Shown here: one piece after another, positions 49,745-63,700 of the stretch
How the letters are laid out: each line of letters starts with the position of its first letter
How positions within the stretch are numbered: the stretch's first letter is position 1
DNA from: Lama guanicoe
Lineage: Eukaryota
NCBI GenBank assembly: GCA_013239625.1
Contig: MU056434.1
Span: forward strand, 682,001-746,000
Reading direction: 5' to 3'
Length of the DNA: 64,000 bases
Notes under the pieces: model-generated
The model's input: only the letters and a program-made list of their open reading frames with translations
The model's database searches: none
What the model was told of the DNA's origin: nothing
Program-made: the position numbers and the translations under genes

Positions 49745-52428
49745 CTGACAGTAAGAAAACAAGCTGACTTGGGCCGGTGCCAAGTCGAGTCTGCACTACA
49801 CAAACAGGAGGCTCTCCGGGTGCTCAGCAAGGAGTCCATGAGCTTCTCTGCTCTGGCAGGAACCCAGGCCCAGCCTCCTGGTTGGGCTCACAGGCGCGTG
49901 GGCTCGGGGCCTTGTGAAATGCACGTGTCATTCATGAGTGACCTGCTCGGGCAGTGAGTGGCGTAAACTCTTCTGGTTTTCCCACTGGCCACTCAGCCCT
50001 GACTCATCTGGAGGGCCCTAAACTCTCGCGGGCATGTGGTAATGGAACAGAGACTGCACACCAGGCCTGGCACCCCCACCCTCACCCTGCATGCTGGCCA
50101 CGTTAAGGGTCACCTGCGTGCTGACACGGGGCCCTCCTGGCCCCCACGGCTGGCTCACACTCCAGCCCGTCCACCTGAGCTGGGCCAGGCTCTGCTCGCA
50201 GTTGCAGGGATAGCCGAGGCTGCCAGAAGTAGGCTTAGGGAACTCAGGGTGCAGATGAGGGTCGGGCCCAAGCCACCTGTGACCCTCACCTGCCAAGCGG
50301 GGACAAGGGTACAGCCCCCTGTGGGGTTTGGAAGAGGGGGCTTGGCCAAGTGCCCCCACGTGGTGGGGAGGCTCAGCCAGCCTCAGCTGCCCCAAGTTGG
50401 ACGAAAGCAGCTCTACCAGTAATATCACAGGGTGTGCAGCCCCCACAGGGCTGACCGAGAAAACAGTGAGTGGGAGGGAGGCTGTGCCCACCCCAGGGCC
50501 ACGCCCACCCAGCCCCGCCTCGACGTGGGCAGGGCCCTCACTGCTGGCCCACAGTCCGGAAGGTCAGAGACCAAGGTGCTGGGGCAGGACCCCTGACTCC
50601 CTACTTTCCGCATGGCCCCCATGCCAGGTGTCCTCCACTGAGGTTCATCCTCTCATCACATCAAGAGAACGTACTGGTGTCAGGGTGCTGGCTGTTGGGG
50701 AGGAAGGGCCTTCGGCACATGCAGATGCCAGGGGAGGGGTGGGGGTGGGATGCGGGGGAAGCAGAAGTTGCTGGACACCGTCTGCACCCTAGACAGCTGA
50801 CACCTGGGTTCCTGGGTACCTGAGGGACGGCTGGTGATGGTGAGGAGGGTGAGGGCAAGGGAACTGGGCAGGGCCAGAACCAGGCAGGGTGGGAGCCCAG
50901 GGCAGCCCAAGGCCTGAGCCAGGTGCCCTGGGAGGGGACGTGGGGGTGGCACCCAGAGCAAGTGGCCCTTGACCTGAGGCCCAGGGTGTCTGTGGCCTAA
51001 GGAAGGCTCAGCGCTCTGGCTGGGTACCCCCACACCCAGCCTGCTTCTACCTGGCACTCAAGGGCAACTGTTGTTTCCAGAAGGAAAAATGTTTGGTTCA
51101 GGCAAGTGTGGCCACCCAGACAGCCGAGCCCAGGAGGAGCACGTCTTCCCGGCATTGTCTGGGCACAGGCCGGGCAGAATCCAGATGGGAACATGGAAAA
51201 CAGCTGCTTTTCCAGGATGTGTGAGGCCCCCAGACCTGCAACTCCTGCCAGGGAGAACTGGGACCAGTCGGTGTAAAACGGCCTGGAGCAGAGGGGCTGG
51301 CGGTCCCAGGGCCCAGGCCGCCGCGGGGCAGAGGGCAAGGGGCAGCAGCTCAGGAGGGAGGCTCGGCGCTGCTGTCCGCAAGGAAGCACAGCTGCCTCTT
51401 CTCACATTAATAAAATTTTTAACAAGTTTTTGGCAACCTGGCAAGAAAAGTACATGTAGTGCCTAATTGGAGATTTAAATGCCGTTGTGAACAAACAGAT
51501 GCCTGTTCCTGCCTCGTTATTTATGCACTGAATCTGCTTTAAGATTCACAAGGCCTCTTGGGCGGGGGCCCAGACTTCTCGTGCAAGGCTCACATCCCTG
51601 CCCGCCCCACCCACGGCAAGGCCCTCAAGGGTCGTGGGGAGGCCAGGGAGCGGCCAGGAAGGGGCTCCCCTGCACGCGTGCCCCGGCCCCACCACCCACC
51701 TTTGGAGCCCAGTCGGCCCCCCTCCTCTGCCCTTGCTTCCTGCCCAGTCGGCCCCACGTCCTGGGCTCTGCTTCCTTTGGGGGTTCTGCCTCTTCTGTCC
51801 TTGGGGTGCAAACACTGCTGTCCAGCCTGACCAGTTCTCTGCCACCCCTCGCTGCTGGCCACTGGCCTGAGCCCCATCTGACAGTGACCTCGGAAGCTCT
51901 GCCAGGCCTCGGTCCTGGGAGCTCCATCTTCTGAAGTGCCCATGCTCGTCGGTGCCCCTCTGTGCTGCCATCACCACCTCGGTGCCAGCCCTCACCCCCG
52001 CATCCCAGCTCTGCTCAAGGACTCTCACACCAGGGCCCAGTTCTGCTCCCCAAAAGGCGCCCTCCCCTGCTGCCTGGGCTCCAAGGCCCGCCTTGACCTC
52101 ACAGGGTCTGCCTGGGGCTTCCCTCTACACGCGCTGGCTCCCAAGTCCTCTGATGACCTTGCCTGGCAGTCTTTCCCCAGTGCCCCTGCCAGCCTCAGGC
52201 CCTGACCCCCGTCCATCCTGTGCTGCCCCAGGCCTCCCAGAGACATCGGCCCACCGCAGCCCCCTTCCCGACTCTTACGACCAGGGCTACCTCATAGGTG
52301 ACCAGGCCCAGACTGGCCCAAGGCCCCGGAGCTACGTGGGTCCCTGAGCCGGCCAGGTGTTCCCTCAACGTGGGGTGGAGGGTGAGTGCCTGGGGCTCAT
52401 AAACCAGGTCTGGGAGGCCAGCACTCAC

Positions 52429-52591
52429 CTCGTCGCCGCCTTTCCCTGGCATGGCCAGCATCCAGCGCTGAGGCCCACAGGCCAGGATGGAGCCCCTGCA
52501 GAAGCCCACGCTCTCCAGGCACACAGAGTCCACGATGGCATTCCTGCCCTCTGCCAGGTCCCACACGTGCACCCTCAGGTCCCGGCCCTGG
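52429..52591 (-). CDS. GNB1L: GNB1L coding exon 3 (163 nt)
   Basis: QGRDLRVHVWDLAEGRNAIVDSVCLESVGFCRGSILACGPQRWMLAMPGKGGDE; WD motif; ggcag / gtgagt boundaries. Confidence 0.95.
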
Positions 52592-53959
52592 CTGCCGAAA
52601 GCAGGTGAGGACAAATGTCAACACCGAGGAAAGGCCTCACATGAGTCTGTGCGCAAGGCGTCTGGGGCCAGGACCTGCTCACGGGCCACCCTGGGGACGG
52701 CTGAAGACCGAGGCCTGGGCATTCCATGGCACACACCCTGTGGCCTTCCCCCGCGGCCTTCCCGCTGCCTCCTGTGCTGCCAAATTGTGTGCCCTCCCCC
52801 TCCTGCCTTCTGCCCCTTTGAGAATTAACTGTGACCACCCGGTAGCACCCCTGTCAGGTGGGGGAGGGGGAGGTCCACACAGGCCAGGGGCCCACTGTGT
52901 CATCAGGACATGCCGGACACTGGGGGCAGGAGGCACAGGGATGAGGCTGCACTGCCTGTCGGGACAGCAATGCCAGAGAAAAGACGAGGCCTCGGCTGGC
53001 AGCAGCCGCACTGAGAGCAGAGGACTGGCCTGTTTCTAAGCAACTTTATTTTGAATGTTTCAAACTCCCAGAGCAGTGGTTCCGAGCCTTCTCCACCCTG
53101 TACTCCAGGGCTGCACACATTATGGCCGCCCCACTACCTCCCCCGCCAAGGAGACCCCACGGAGTGGCATCACTGCTCTCGAGCAGCCGGCTCAGGGCCC
53201 AGGGGGAGCGCTGGGCTGGTCAGTCCTCACCAGAGGCCCTTCCTCTGTCCCTCATGTGCCTTTTATCCCTAGGGTGACATTTCCACATGTGGGGAGGACA
53301 GCACGGGGACAACAACGCACATGAGGCCAACTGCCCATACCGCTTGCCTGGACGGAGGCACTGGCCAGGAGTGTCCTGTGCAAAGCCCTCACCCCACTAT
53401 GGTCAGGACTGTGGGAAGGAGACCGTGGCATCCGCCCACTCCCAGCTGTAGGCCCACCGCCGCACACACCTACTTTATACACACATCTCTCTCACACACA
53501 CACACAACTCTTTCTGTATCTCTCTCTGTGCATGTATTTTCAAAACTCCACAAGTTCACAGCAATGCCCTGCCAGTTCTTTCTCCCCTTCCTCCTCCTTG
53601 GGTTTGGGACTGTCTTCCCTCACAGGGAAACACCCGGCTCCCACTGTCCTCAAGATACATACTGACACACTCAGCTGATGAAGTTGCCACTCTGAGACCT
53701 GCCCCCACCAGCCTGCTCCTCTCCCCACTGGGCACGTTACTGCCGACAACTCTGTGGACAATTCTCCCTCACTGAAGGGGGAGTGAGTGCTTCCTCTGAA
53801 ATTGGAGGGGGAGTGAGTGCTGGGAAGATGGGACCCCAGAGTATCCATAAGGAATCAAAAAACACTCATCCACACCAACAGAGATTCCAGGTGAAGTGTG
53901 GACAAAGGGAACAGTGACAACCTGGTGCTGGCTCCTTCCCAAGACACAGATGCATGAGC

Positions 53960-54730
53960 CATGGAGGGAAAGATGCCACGTTAGAGTATGCAAAACTGAC
54001 CACCTTCAGCTCATTAAAGATACCACGAAGAGTGAGAAATGACAGTCACCATGTCAGAGAAGTAACCGGTGACACAGAAACACCTTCCACATCTAGACTG
54101 TGAGACGAACACCTGTAACTCAGTGAGAAGGAAGCAGTCAATCCAAAAGAGAAATGGGCATTTAGCAGAAAGTCCATCCAAGGGGCTGCCACATGCAGAG
54201 GAGGGTTTGGCTCACTATGTGGTCAGAAGAACACAAATGAGGCCACAGCCAGAAGCTCCATGCCCGGGCGGTGGCAGCGGGGGGGTTGGGGTGCAGCCTG
54301 GTGACCTCCGGGCAGCCCCCTCTGGGTCCAGTGTGCACCCAAGCCTCATCCAACAGTCCCAAGTGGACAGCCCAGACCCCCATGACAGCAGAATGGTGAG
54401 GAAGCTGGGTATCCCTGTTCACAGGGACAGGACAGGAAGCCCCACACTGCAGCACTCACATCCCAATGCATCGCAGTCAAGTGGAAGTCAGGTGCAAAGG
54501 AAGCAGTTCCGTATGGCTGTTTGTTTACATTAAAAAAAAACATAAAATGAGTCTGCTTTTTGGAGACACATATTCAGACGGTAAAGCAAGAATGAGGCAG
54601 GGGCTGCCTCCTGAGGGTGATGAGACGGGGGGGCTGGCGGGTAGGGAGGTCTGGGAGTGGTGACCCAGGCGCCCACTCGGTGGTCACAACACGGCCTGAC
54701 TTGCTCGTACACCTTCCTGTGAGCACGTCG
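53960..54730 (+). mobile_element. Decayed L1M(E)-like 3' fragment
   Basis: aatccaaaagagaaatgggca, acaaatgaggccac and aaggaagcagttccgtatgg; A-biased sequence. Confidence 0.55.
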
Positions 54731-56404
54731 CATCTCCCAGTAAAAGAGGTGGGAAGAAGACGCACCCAGGCAGCCACAGGTGCGTCCTAGGGGTGCGGGT
54801 GGGGCGGGGGTGCCTGCAGAGCCAGGCCAGGCTGGGGCCCTGGCTCCCAGCTTTCTGTCCTCTCGCCGCCCCTGAACATGAAAGCACATCTTCCCCGTCA
54901 AGGGCCACTTTGGAGACTTGCTTCCAAACACAGCTGGGCGCCCGGCCTCTAAGTGCAGCGTAAACGCACCTGGGCACTCCACGCACCTGCACGGTCTGCA
55001 CCCCCGCCTGCAGCAGGGTTCCAGCGGCGCCAGCCAGCACACACGCACTCCCAGAGTGCCCCTGGAGCCTGCCTCCTGCACAGCATCAGCCGGTCCTCCA
55101 GGGAGTGGGCCCCCGGGCAGGGGCTCCCTGAAGACAGCCCAGGGTGCCTGGGCCCTGGAGGAGCAGGAGGCCCTGAAGGGCCTACATTGCAGCTGAAAAC
55201 TCAGGAGGAAGGTTTACCAGCAGCAACTGTGGACACAGGCAGCTTAGCAGGGTCCTTGGACACCATGTCTGTTCTAACCGTCAAGGAAAGAGCAAAGCCA
55301 TACGGGGACCCCTGCAGCACGAGGAGGCATCTGAGCAGCTGGGCAGGGAGCAGAACGGCCTGTGAGGATGGCCCTCAGGGAGCACACGTCCAGGGCACCA
55401 CCTCCCGCACGCCCTGGGCCCCCAGACCCCGCAGGGCGTGGCACCAGCTGGAGTCCAGCACGAAAGTGCTTTGAAGCCCAGTGGGGGCCCAGCAGGCCTT
55501 GTTTTCTGGGGCTTGGGCTCCAAGTCCGGAGCAGGAGGAAAGTAGAGCTGTCCTGGAGTTCCGGGGGCAGAGGGCGCTCGGGAAAGCCCTCTGTGACCTG
55601 GTAGATTTCTGGTACAGCGACCCCTGTACAGGGGCAGAAATTGGAGCAACCTCAGCCTCTGGCCACCTGACGGCCCCGCTCTCCCAGGCCCTCCTGGTCT
55701 GTGAACGCCCCGGACCACCCTTCCCTCCAGGGAAAGGATGGAAGCCCACCCAACTCACTCCTTCATCCACCAGCCCCTGTCTGCTGCCTCTGGCCCACCT
55801 CCCACTGGAGTCCTGGCCCGTCACCTCCACAGGCCCCCTCCCCTGCTCTGTGCAGGCCAGCCCCCCACCCCCACAGCCCCTCTTGACACTCACAGGCTGG
55901 AACCACCACGGCCTTAGGGAGCCAGAACCCCCTGGCTCCACCATCTCCCACTCCCAGAACCCCAGGTACACGGGGGATGGAGCGCAGCCCTGTCAGGCTG
56001 GGTGGGCTCCAGGCACAGACTCTGGGCCACTCTGCCAACCAGTCCTCCCTGCCTCACAGGAGGGTGGAGAGAAGGCCACCTGCAGGGTGGCAAGCGTGAT
56101 ACCATGGACCGGCCTGCAGGAGAGGACTGAGGCTCCTCTGAGGGGGGCCCTAGCCCTTGCCCTGGGCATCTTGGCAGGCCAGGGTGGGCTCTGCTCAGAC
56201 TACAGGCAGCGTGTGTCCGTCAAGCTCTCCTCAGAGAGCAGCTGCCGGGCACCCCGCACCCCTGGTGGCGCTGCCTTGGGATGGGTCCCGTCCTATTCTG
56301 CCACTGGGAGCCAGCCGTCTTGGCAGCTGGGGAGGCCCCCAGGCCCCCACTGAGGGCCACAGCCTGGCTCCCTGGGAGCTACACTCACTGCCACCAAGAC
56401 CCAC

Positions 56405-56530
56405 CTGAGGAGCTGGGGCCCTGGGGGCAGAGTCTGAAGCCAGGTCACACACTTGCCCGTGTGGCCATCCAGGGTGGCGAGCACTCTCCGTGTCTGCAGG
56501 CTCCAGATGTGCACCAGCCCGTGCAGGGAC
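56405..56530 (-). CDS. GNB1L: GNB1L coding exon 2 (126 nt)
   Basis: SLHGLVHIWSLQTRRVLATLDGHTGKCVTWLQTLPPGPQLL(S); aacag / gtgggt boundaries. Confidence 0.94.
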
Positions 56531-56840
56531 CTGTTCAGAGGAGGACCCCGCACAGCTGGCAGACAGGCGTTTAGCCAGCAGCTCCCAGTCGAGGTGACCT
56601 GAATGCGAGCTGAGCCAAGGAAGGCGGGCAGGGCCCTGGGGAGCCTCTTCTTGGGGAGACGGGGGTTAGGGTTAGGGTGAGCTGGTCCCAGCTCCAGGGG
56701 AGAGTGTCCCTGACTCCTTCTTGGGGGACACCCAAGGGGACAGCCTGTCGAGAGGGCTCTGAAAGGGCAGAGTGCCTGGCTCACTGCTAGCCGCCCCCCC
56801 CCGACTTCGCCCGGAGTCCCCTGGACCAGGGGGTACTCAC

Positions 56841-56962
56841 CCTGAGAGGAGCAGCGGCTGCCCCTGCCCTTGGGCTCCTCCGCAGAAGTGCAGCGCATGC
56901 ACTGCTGACTGGGCGCCTCGGAGGACAAACTGAGGGTCTGGCGGTGGGGGCGGTGGGGCCAT
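56841..56962 (-). CDS. GNB1L: GNB1L first coding exon (exon spans 56841-56982)
   Basis: Kozak agcATGG; MAPPPPPPDPQFVLRGAQSAVHALHFCGGAQGQGQPLLLS(G); acceptor ccccag and donor gtgagt on the - strand. Confidence 0.93.
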
Positions 56963-59900
56963 GCTGGGCAGGATGCAGTCACCTGGGGACCGAAGGAGGG
57001 CGTGAGTGACCTCCCTCAGGAAGGCACCGGAGCCTCCCTGCATACTGCCCACCCCTAAACCCCTCTTCCATCTGCTCCCGGCCTCTGCACCCAGGGGCAC
57101 CCCCGTCCCAACACCGGCCTCCCCAGGCAGGCCCAGCAGCACCACGCCCTCCCACCGTGCCCTGTACCTGCCTCTGTTCACCCACCAGCTGCACTTCCTG
57201 CTTTCTGAGTCCCCTGGCCAGCACTGTCCCACTGGGGCAGGATCCTGCTCCTCTGGGCTCTTCACCCACCTGGAGTGTCCCTGCCCTCAGTCCAGGCCTC
57301 ACTCCAGCTCCTCCCAGCAAAGTCAGACGTGTGCGAGGTCCCCGGTGCCAGAGGCATGAGCAGGACTCAAAGACGGAGGGGAGCTTATTCCTTGTGAGCT
57401 GCAGACACGGCCCGCCAGGTCCCAGTCCTGCACATCACAACTTCCAATTGTCACAGCCACCCAGGGACAGTCAGAGAGCCACCCTACGCCTCCAGGCTCA
57501 CACCTCAAATGCTTCAGAGCTTGCACTGCCACCAAGCAGCAGGGGACCAGTTACCCTGTCACCACAGGAGGGCCGCCCCTCACAGAGAAGAGACCCTTCC
57601 TCTAATCACTGGTCCTGCATGTAAGGCCTGCTGGGCCCACCCACCCAAAGGAGAAGCGCCAGGGTTCCTACCAAGCCCACTTGATCGCCACCTCAGTCCC
57701 ATAGGCAGCGAGAGCCACCTCCGTCTGCCCGCAGGCCCCGGGCGGGCTGAGGGGGGGAGGGAAAGGCTGGAGCAGCTGGGTGGAGGCCTTTTCTGTGGGC
57801 TCTGCAGGATGGGGCCAGGGCCAAGGCCACACAGCCACCAGTGGGGGGGACGGGAAAATGTGAGGGTGGGACGCTAGGAAGGGCTCTGGGAGGACAGCTG
57901 GGGCTGAGGAAAGGGTGGCTGGTCCCTGGGCTTCGCCCCTTCAGACGTTGAGCCCCACACCTCCCCACCCCAGAGATGGGACAGCCTTTCCTTCCAGCCC
58001 CGGGCTTCGGAAGAGGCCCAGGAGCAGTGTGACTGGAGCAAAAGGTTCAAAACCCAAGAAGTGGTGCTACTGAGGCAGCAGGGGCCTGGCAGCCCCGAGG
58101 AGCAGAGGGCAGGCAGTGACAGGAGCCTGGAGGTCACCAGGTCTGGCCCACTGGAGGGCAGTTGAAGCAGGGCTGGGCCAAGATGCCAAGGCCCAGGAAG
58201 GGGTGGCCGCAGGTCTGACTCGGGCGACTGTTACCTTCACCACGGAGCCTGCAGGGGCAGACGCTCCACCCTGACATCTTGCCTCTGTCACAGGGTTTCA
58301 GGGAGGAGGGGCCAGGGACACGGTTCACAGCGGCCGAGTCTCTGCTTGTCTGTGTCTCTGTCTCTGTTTCTCTCTCCTTTAGGGTTTTCAGCCAAATAGT
58401 CCCTCCCACCTTTGGCTAAAAGCCAACTGACTCCTAGATGCAAGGACGGCTGCCTGGACCGGCTGGCCTGAGGACATGTTTGGAGGGGCAGCTGTGGGAC
58501 CCTCAGAAGCCACTGCCCACCTGTGCCACACCTGCCCCAGAGACCGCTGGCCAGTGACGGGAGCAGGGCTGCAGGACCCCAGGCTCAGAGAAACCCAAGG
58601 ACGCAGACCCTGCTAAAGCACCTCAGCCCAGCAGAGAGGCCCCTGTCCAGGACCGGGGGTGCAGCCCCCACTCAGCCCAGGCTGCAGTGACAGGCCACCT
58701 GCACACAGGCTCCCATCGTGCAGTCCTGACATGCACACACGTGCTAACACCTGTGGACACACATGTACATACGTGCTCACACATGTGCTCACACAGGCGC
58801 CCGCACACACACACGCAGGTGGCGGGGCGCCCTGCACAGCACCAGCACAAGCCCAGCCCACACTTGCCACCTGCCTGCGGCCTGACGGAGTTTCCAGAAC
58901 CTTGCGCATCAGGCTCACTGCGAGGTGATGAAATCCAGCACCCCCGTCTCCCCAGGACCGCAGGGAAAAATCTGTTGTGTCATTACAGCACTGGACACTC
59001 AGCCAAAACGAAGCATCGGCAATTAAGGGCTCCATCATTTGAAGCAATTAAAGTAAATGCTTTATTTGAAAACTAATTAATTCTAGCTACATACTTTCCC
59101 CATGACAATATCCCGTGATGACTTGATTTATGACGTCTAATTATTCCTTATTACTCTAACTGAGAAGAATCACATTATCCTATCTCCTGGCACCAGGCCA
59201 CCCGAGCAGAGGCTGTGGCCCTGGAAGCCGGGGTGCATGTCAGTCTGGCTCCCTGCTCTGTCCTGCAGGCAGAGGAGCCCGAACTGTCACCCGCACAGCA
59301 CAGCCCCGGTGTTGCGAGACACAGTCCTTTACAGTGGAAAAGGGAGACAGTCTGACACCACCTGCCCAGGCTGACAGCCTCGCCAACTGTGGCCACAAAC
59401 GCCCCCGAACCCTGGCCCCATGTCCCTCTGCGCTAGCTTTGGCAGTGGCCATAGGCCTCATGGGAACCGCTCGAGGGGGACCGACCTCCCACTGTGGGAG
59501 TGGTGGAGGGGCAGCACAGGGGAGGCAGGAGCCCACACACAGCCGCGGGGCCGGGAACCTGTGCAATTCGAGAGGCAGGGGAGGCAGGGCTGGGCAGGGG
59601 CCTGGTGTCCAAAGACCACAGGTCCCACCCCACGTTCCTGGGCTGCTGGGGGTCTGTACCAACAGGACCACCAACCCCAGCCCCTGCCCGCCCCCAGCCT
59701 GCAGGTCCTCATCACTGCTGCCTGTGCGACAGTGCGAGCTAGGTCGCAGCGGACATGGGACAAGAGCGAGGTTCCCCCAGCAGTCCCAGGCCCTGATGCT
59801 CCTCGCCAGGGCGGCGCCCCTTCCAGCAGGATGGAGGCCTGACTGGCCCTCTCCCCAGAACAACTGAAAATGCTGATAAAGGAGAAACCAAACTCTTCGA

Positions 59901-60729
59901 TACTGTGTTGGTAAGAAAAAGCCTAGAAACTTCAGAGGCAAAACGCTCATCAAGGTCAAACCTGGAGAAGCCTGCAGAGCCCGCAGCTGGCCCTGCCCTC
60001 GGGCCCTTGCAGCCCTACACCTGAAGCCTGGCCCAAGGATGGTGATCTCAAAGGAGCCCCACTAAGACGAGACCCCTGGGCTGTATGTTCGGTGTCAGAC
60101 AGAACCAGATCTCACTGCACCCACAGGGCCAGAATGATGCCCGCCCTCCAGCTGCAGCCCAAACCTCACTGCTGTCTCTCAGAAGGAGCCCCCCTCCACT
60201 GCCCTGGGCCTCAGTGAACCCACAGGAAAAACCCTGAGAAGTGCAGACTTCTGGGCAGCACTACAGGACCAGACCAGGAGACCCAGCCGCCACGAGGAGG
60301 ACTCCAGGGGCAAAAGCAGCAGGGCACCCCGGCATTGGGGCTGCGAGATACAGGCTCGTCACGGTTCCAGAGGCAAGAAGACAGAACGGCCAATACAGAC
60401 AAGGAGCGAGAGACAACGTCGCCTCTCAGATGTGGAGAAGGACCTGGCGGTGAAGGGCTGCTGGTGGGCAGACGTGCTCAGGGTCAGGGTCGCAGTGTGG
60501 CTCCACAGGCCACTCCCACCAAGGAGGAGACGCTCCTGCCCAGGGCAGACACCTGGCTCTCACGGCTCCCCCTCCATGGGCACCAGCAGGCACACTCCCA
60601 CCCTGGCCCTGACCTGCCAATCGGGTGGAAAAGGTCAAGGGCAAAGAGCAAGGGCAGCAGCAGGGAGTCTCTTCCACATGCAGAGACTGGAGAGCCTCAC
60701 GGCCACACGTGGTGTGCAGGCCCCAGGAG

Positions 60730-63700
60730 ATCCTGAGTCAAAAAATGAGGCCACGAGCACAGTTCTGGCACAACTTGGCTGCTGATAATACGGAATGAGC
60801 ATTGCTAATTTTCTTGGGGAAAACAATGGTGTTTTATGCAGAAGAGTGCCCTCATTCTCAGGTTGCAGCATCTTAGAGGTGAAATGTCTGCAATCTGTTT
60901 TCAAATGTTTCAGAAAAGCCCCATGCAAGTCTCTCCCTACCTCCATGCAAGTACACAGTAAAGCAAGTACCAGCAGGCGCAGGTGCAGGGTACACAAGTG
61001 TCGTTTACCACACTGGTGACTTCTCTGTAATTCAGAATATAAACGTGTGTGGGGGCAGGGCGGGAGACAAACCCACCCGGGACTTGAGTGCTTCCGGAAC
61101 AGACAGAGAACACAGAGCAACACAATAAAAAAGCAAACACCAAATGAAAAATGAGCAAAAGCCTTGAACAGACATTTCACGAGAAACATACATGTCCAAT
61201 AAACACATGAAAGATGTTTAACCTAATTAATAACCTTGGAAATGCCTGTCAAAACCACCATGTGCTATGACTGCACTCCTGGCAGATTTGCAAAAATTAA
61301 ACAGTCTGTCAAATGTTGACCAAGATGTGAGGCAACTGGGGCAAAATCTAAAACAGTCACTTTGGAAAGCAGGCGGGGACTGTCTCGCACACCTTGTGAC
61401 CCAGCAGCCGCTCTTAACACCCTAAAGGCGTCCGCACGGCTGTGCACAAGGACGTGTGCCGGGACGCTCACAGCAGCACCGTGGACGGTAGCCGGGCCTG
61501 GCGCTACCCGAGCGGCCACCGGCTGCAGCATGCGACAGAACACTCCACAGAGCAGAAAATGTCACATGGACCAAGTTCAAAATCACAGTTTCCTTCAGAA
61601 GACCTCACTGAAGTCAGAAATGTGGCCAGAAACAGGGAGGAAACAGTCACGGCGCAGCACGCACAAGTCAATACGGGAAAAATTAGTAAAGTGACTCCAA
61701 GAGGCAAAAATGAGAGACAAAGACATACCAGGCAAACGGAAGCAGTGAGGAAGCAGAAATAAAGCAGAAAGCAGTGGAAATACCGGCGTAAAACTACCGT
61801 AAGAGTCTTCTGGCTCTGGCCGGGGGCAGTAGGCTCCCTATCGCCTCTCTGCTCTCTACCTGCCTGACTGCAACTAAAAACTCGAGACAAAAAATGAACA
61901 TCACTTACCCGAAAACTCTGAAAAGTGAACAACAGCAGAAAGACTTCGGAGACAAGCAAAAACTTGGAGAACTGACCTGTATGGGCCCAGGTTTCCTGTT
62001 TTTCTTCCGTGTCTTGGGGCACTGCCTTGAGGGTGGGTCCACGCTGCACAGCTGCAAGGCAGCAGTGCCTAAAACTTGGATAGAAACTGATTTCTGAACA
62101 GCAGTGCAGAGAAAAAGTGTAAGTCTTAGATTTGGTTAAAAAGATAGTATACAATATAAGAGGTATAGCCAAAAAGCCATAGAAAATCCTAGTTTCTAAA
62201 AAGTCAAAAGACAAGCTCCCTGATGGTTTGTGTTTCTGTTTGCTCTGCCACTGCCCCAGCGATGGCTGGATCTGGAGCTGCCTGGATGTGACTCTGAGAG
62301 AAACCCCGTCTTTCTGTCCAGCTGGGTCCTCTGGGAAGGGATGAAGAAAAAGACCCCTTATTTCTGTGATTGAGCCCAGGAAAACCTCAGGCGCCCCCAA
62401 GCAGCACACGCCCAGGACAGACCCAAAGCAGCGTATCAAAGTTTTGAAAATGGAAACGAGATTAAAACTATAGCCCACAGAGGGTGAGACAGAACTTGTG
62501 GTGCAAATCTGACTGAGCTGACTACCTGTTACTCCAAATTCAACATTCTCCAGAGTGCCCAATGTCATACTCAACGCAAGGTATGTCCAGGGCACAATAC
62601 AGAAGTGCTCCACACACAAGAACTGGGCAATGAGATTACTTCTCCAAGGAAACGATTTACAGACACCAGCCTCGATACCGTTCAGATGTTGGAATGTGAG
62701 ATAAGGATTTTAAAGCAGCTTTTATGAGTATACTCCACGAAGCAAAGGTAAACACGTCGGAAATGAATGAAGGCAAGTTCTCAGCAGAGAGAGAACTTTT
62801 TTTTTAAAAAAGAAACTTCAGAACAGAATAATACGATTACTGAAACAAAAACACTCAGCAATGGAATGGGAGATCATAAAGGTGAGAGTCAGAGACATGA
62901 AGGTTGGTCAAGAGAAATGACCCAGTGTGAGACCACAAAGACAGAGGATGGGCGTAAACGACCAGAGCAGTGGGGATTTGTGGGATGACAGCAGAAGTCT
63001 AATGTTCACATCACCAGAGTCTGAGGAGAAGAGGAAAAGATGGAGTAGGAAAATTACCTGAATAAATAATGCCTGAACTTTTACATATTTGGGAAAAGAC
63101 AAAAATTTATAGATTCAAGAACTCAATGAATCATAAACAGGATAAATGCAAAGAAAATCATACATCACAATTAAACTGCTCAAAAGTCACAGCAATAAAA
63201 CCTGGGCAGTATCGGCACACCACACACAGGGAACTAACGATCTGAATGAATGTGAGTGTCTCATCAGAACCGCAGGAGTCAGAAGGCAGTACTGAGAGAA
63301 AAGGACTCCTCACCCAGCAAGTCTTCCTTTGGGCATGAAGGCAAAATAAAGGCACCCTCAGACGAATGAAAACCAAGAGATGTGCTCTAAAAGAAATATT
63401 AGAGGAGATTCTACAGCTCAGAAGAAAGAAAGAAGTGTGGACCTTCAAGAAGGCAGAGGAAGGAAAATGCTAACTATCTGGGTAAATTACTATAAAAGAC
63501 AGCACGTGCTTAGCATGCACAAGGTCCTGCGTCCAATCCCCAGAACTTCATTAAAAGGTAAGCAAACAAACAAACAAACCAAATTACCTAATTACCTCCC
63601 CCCACCGAAAAAAAGAGAATGTGAAAGAAAAATTTTCTCCTCTGAAGCAAACATGTATATTGTTAAAGATACTAACACTGTCTAGTGGGATTTTCAATAC

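Noticed and set aside
56293-56982. ORF starting 'MTASCP' that looks like the human GNB1L N-terminus (MTAPCP)
   Set aside because: It starts at a GTG at the exon boundary and is out of frame with the first coding exon; the real start is ATG 56962 in strong Kozak context.
59115-59163. GTGATGA...CTGA resembling C/D-box snoRNA boxes
   Set aside because: Only about 49 nt, no terminal stem, and on the strand opposite the host gene GNB1L.
61504-62619. 371-aa minus-strand ORF
   Set aside because: Antisense to decayed L1 sequence; non-ATG start; no protein family resemblance.
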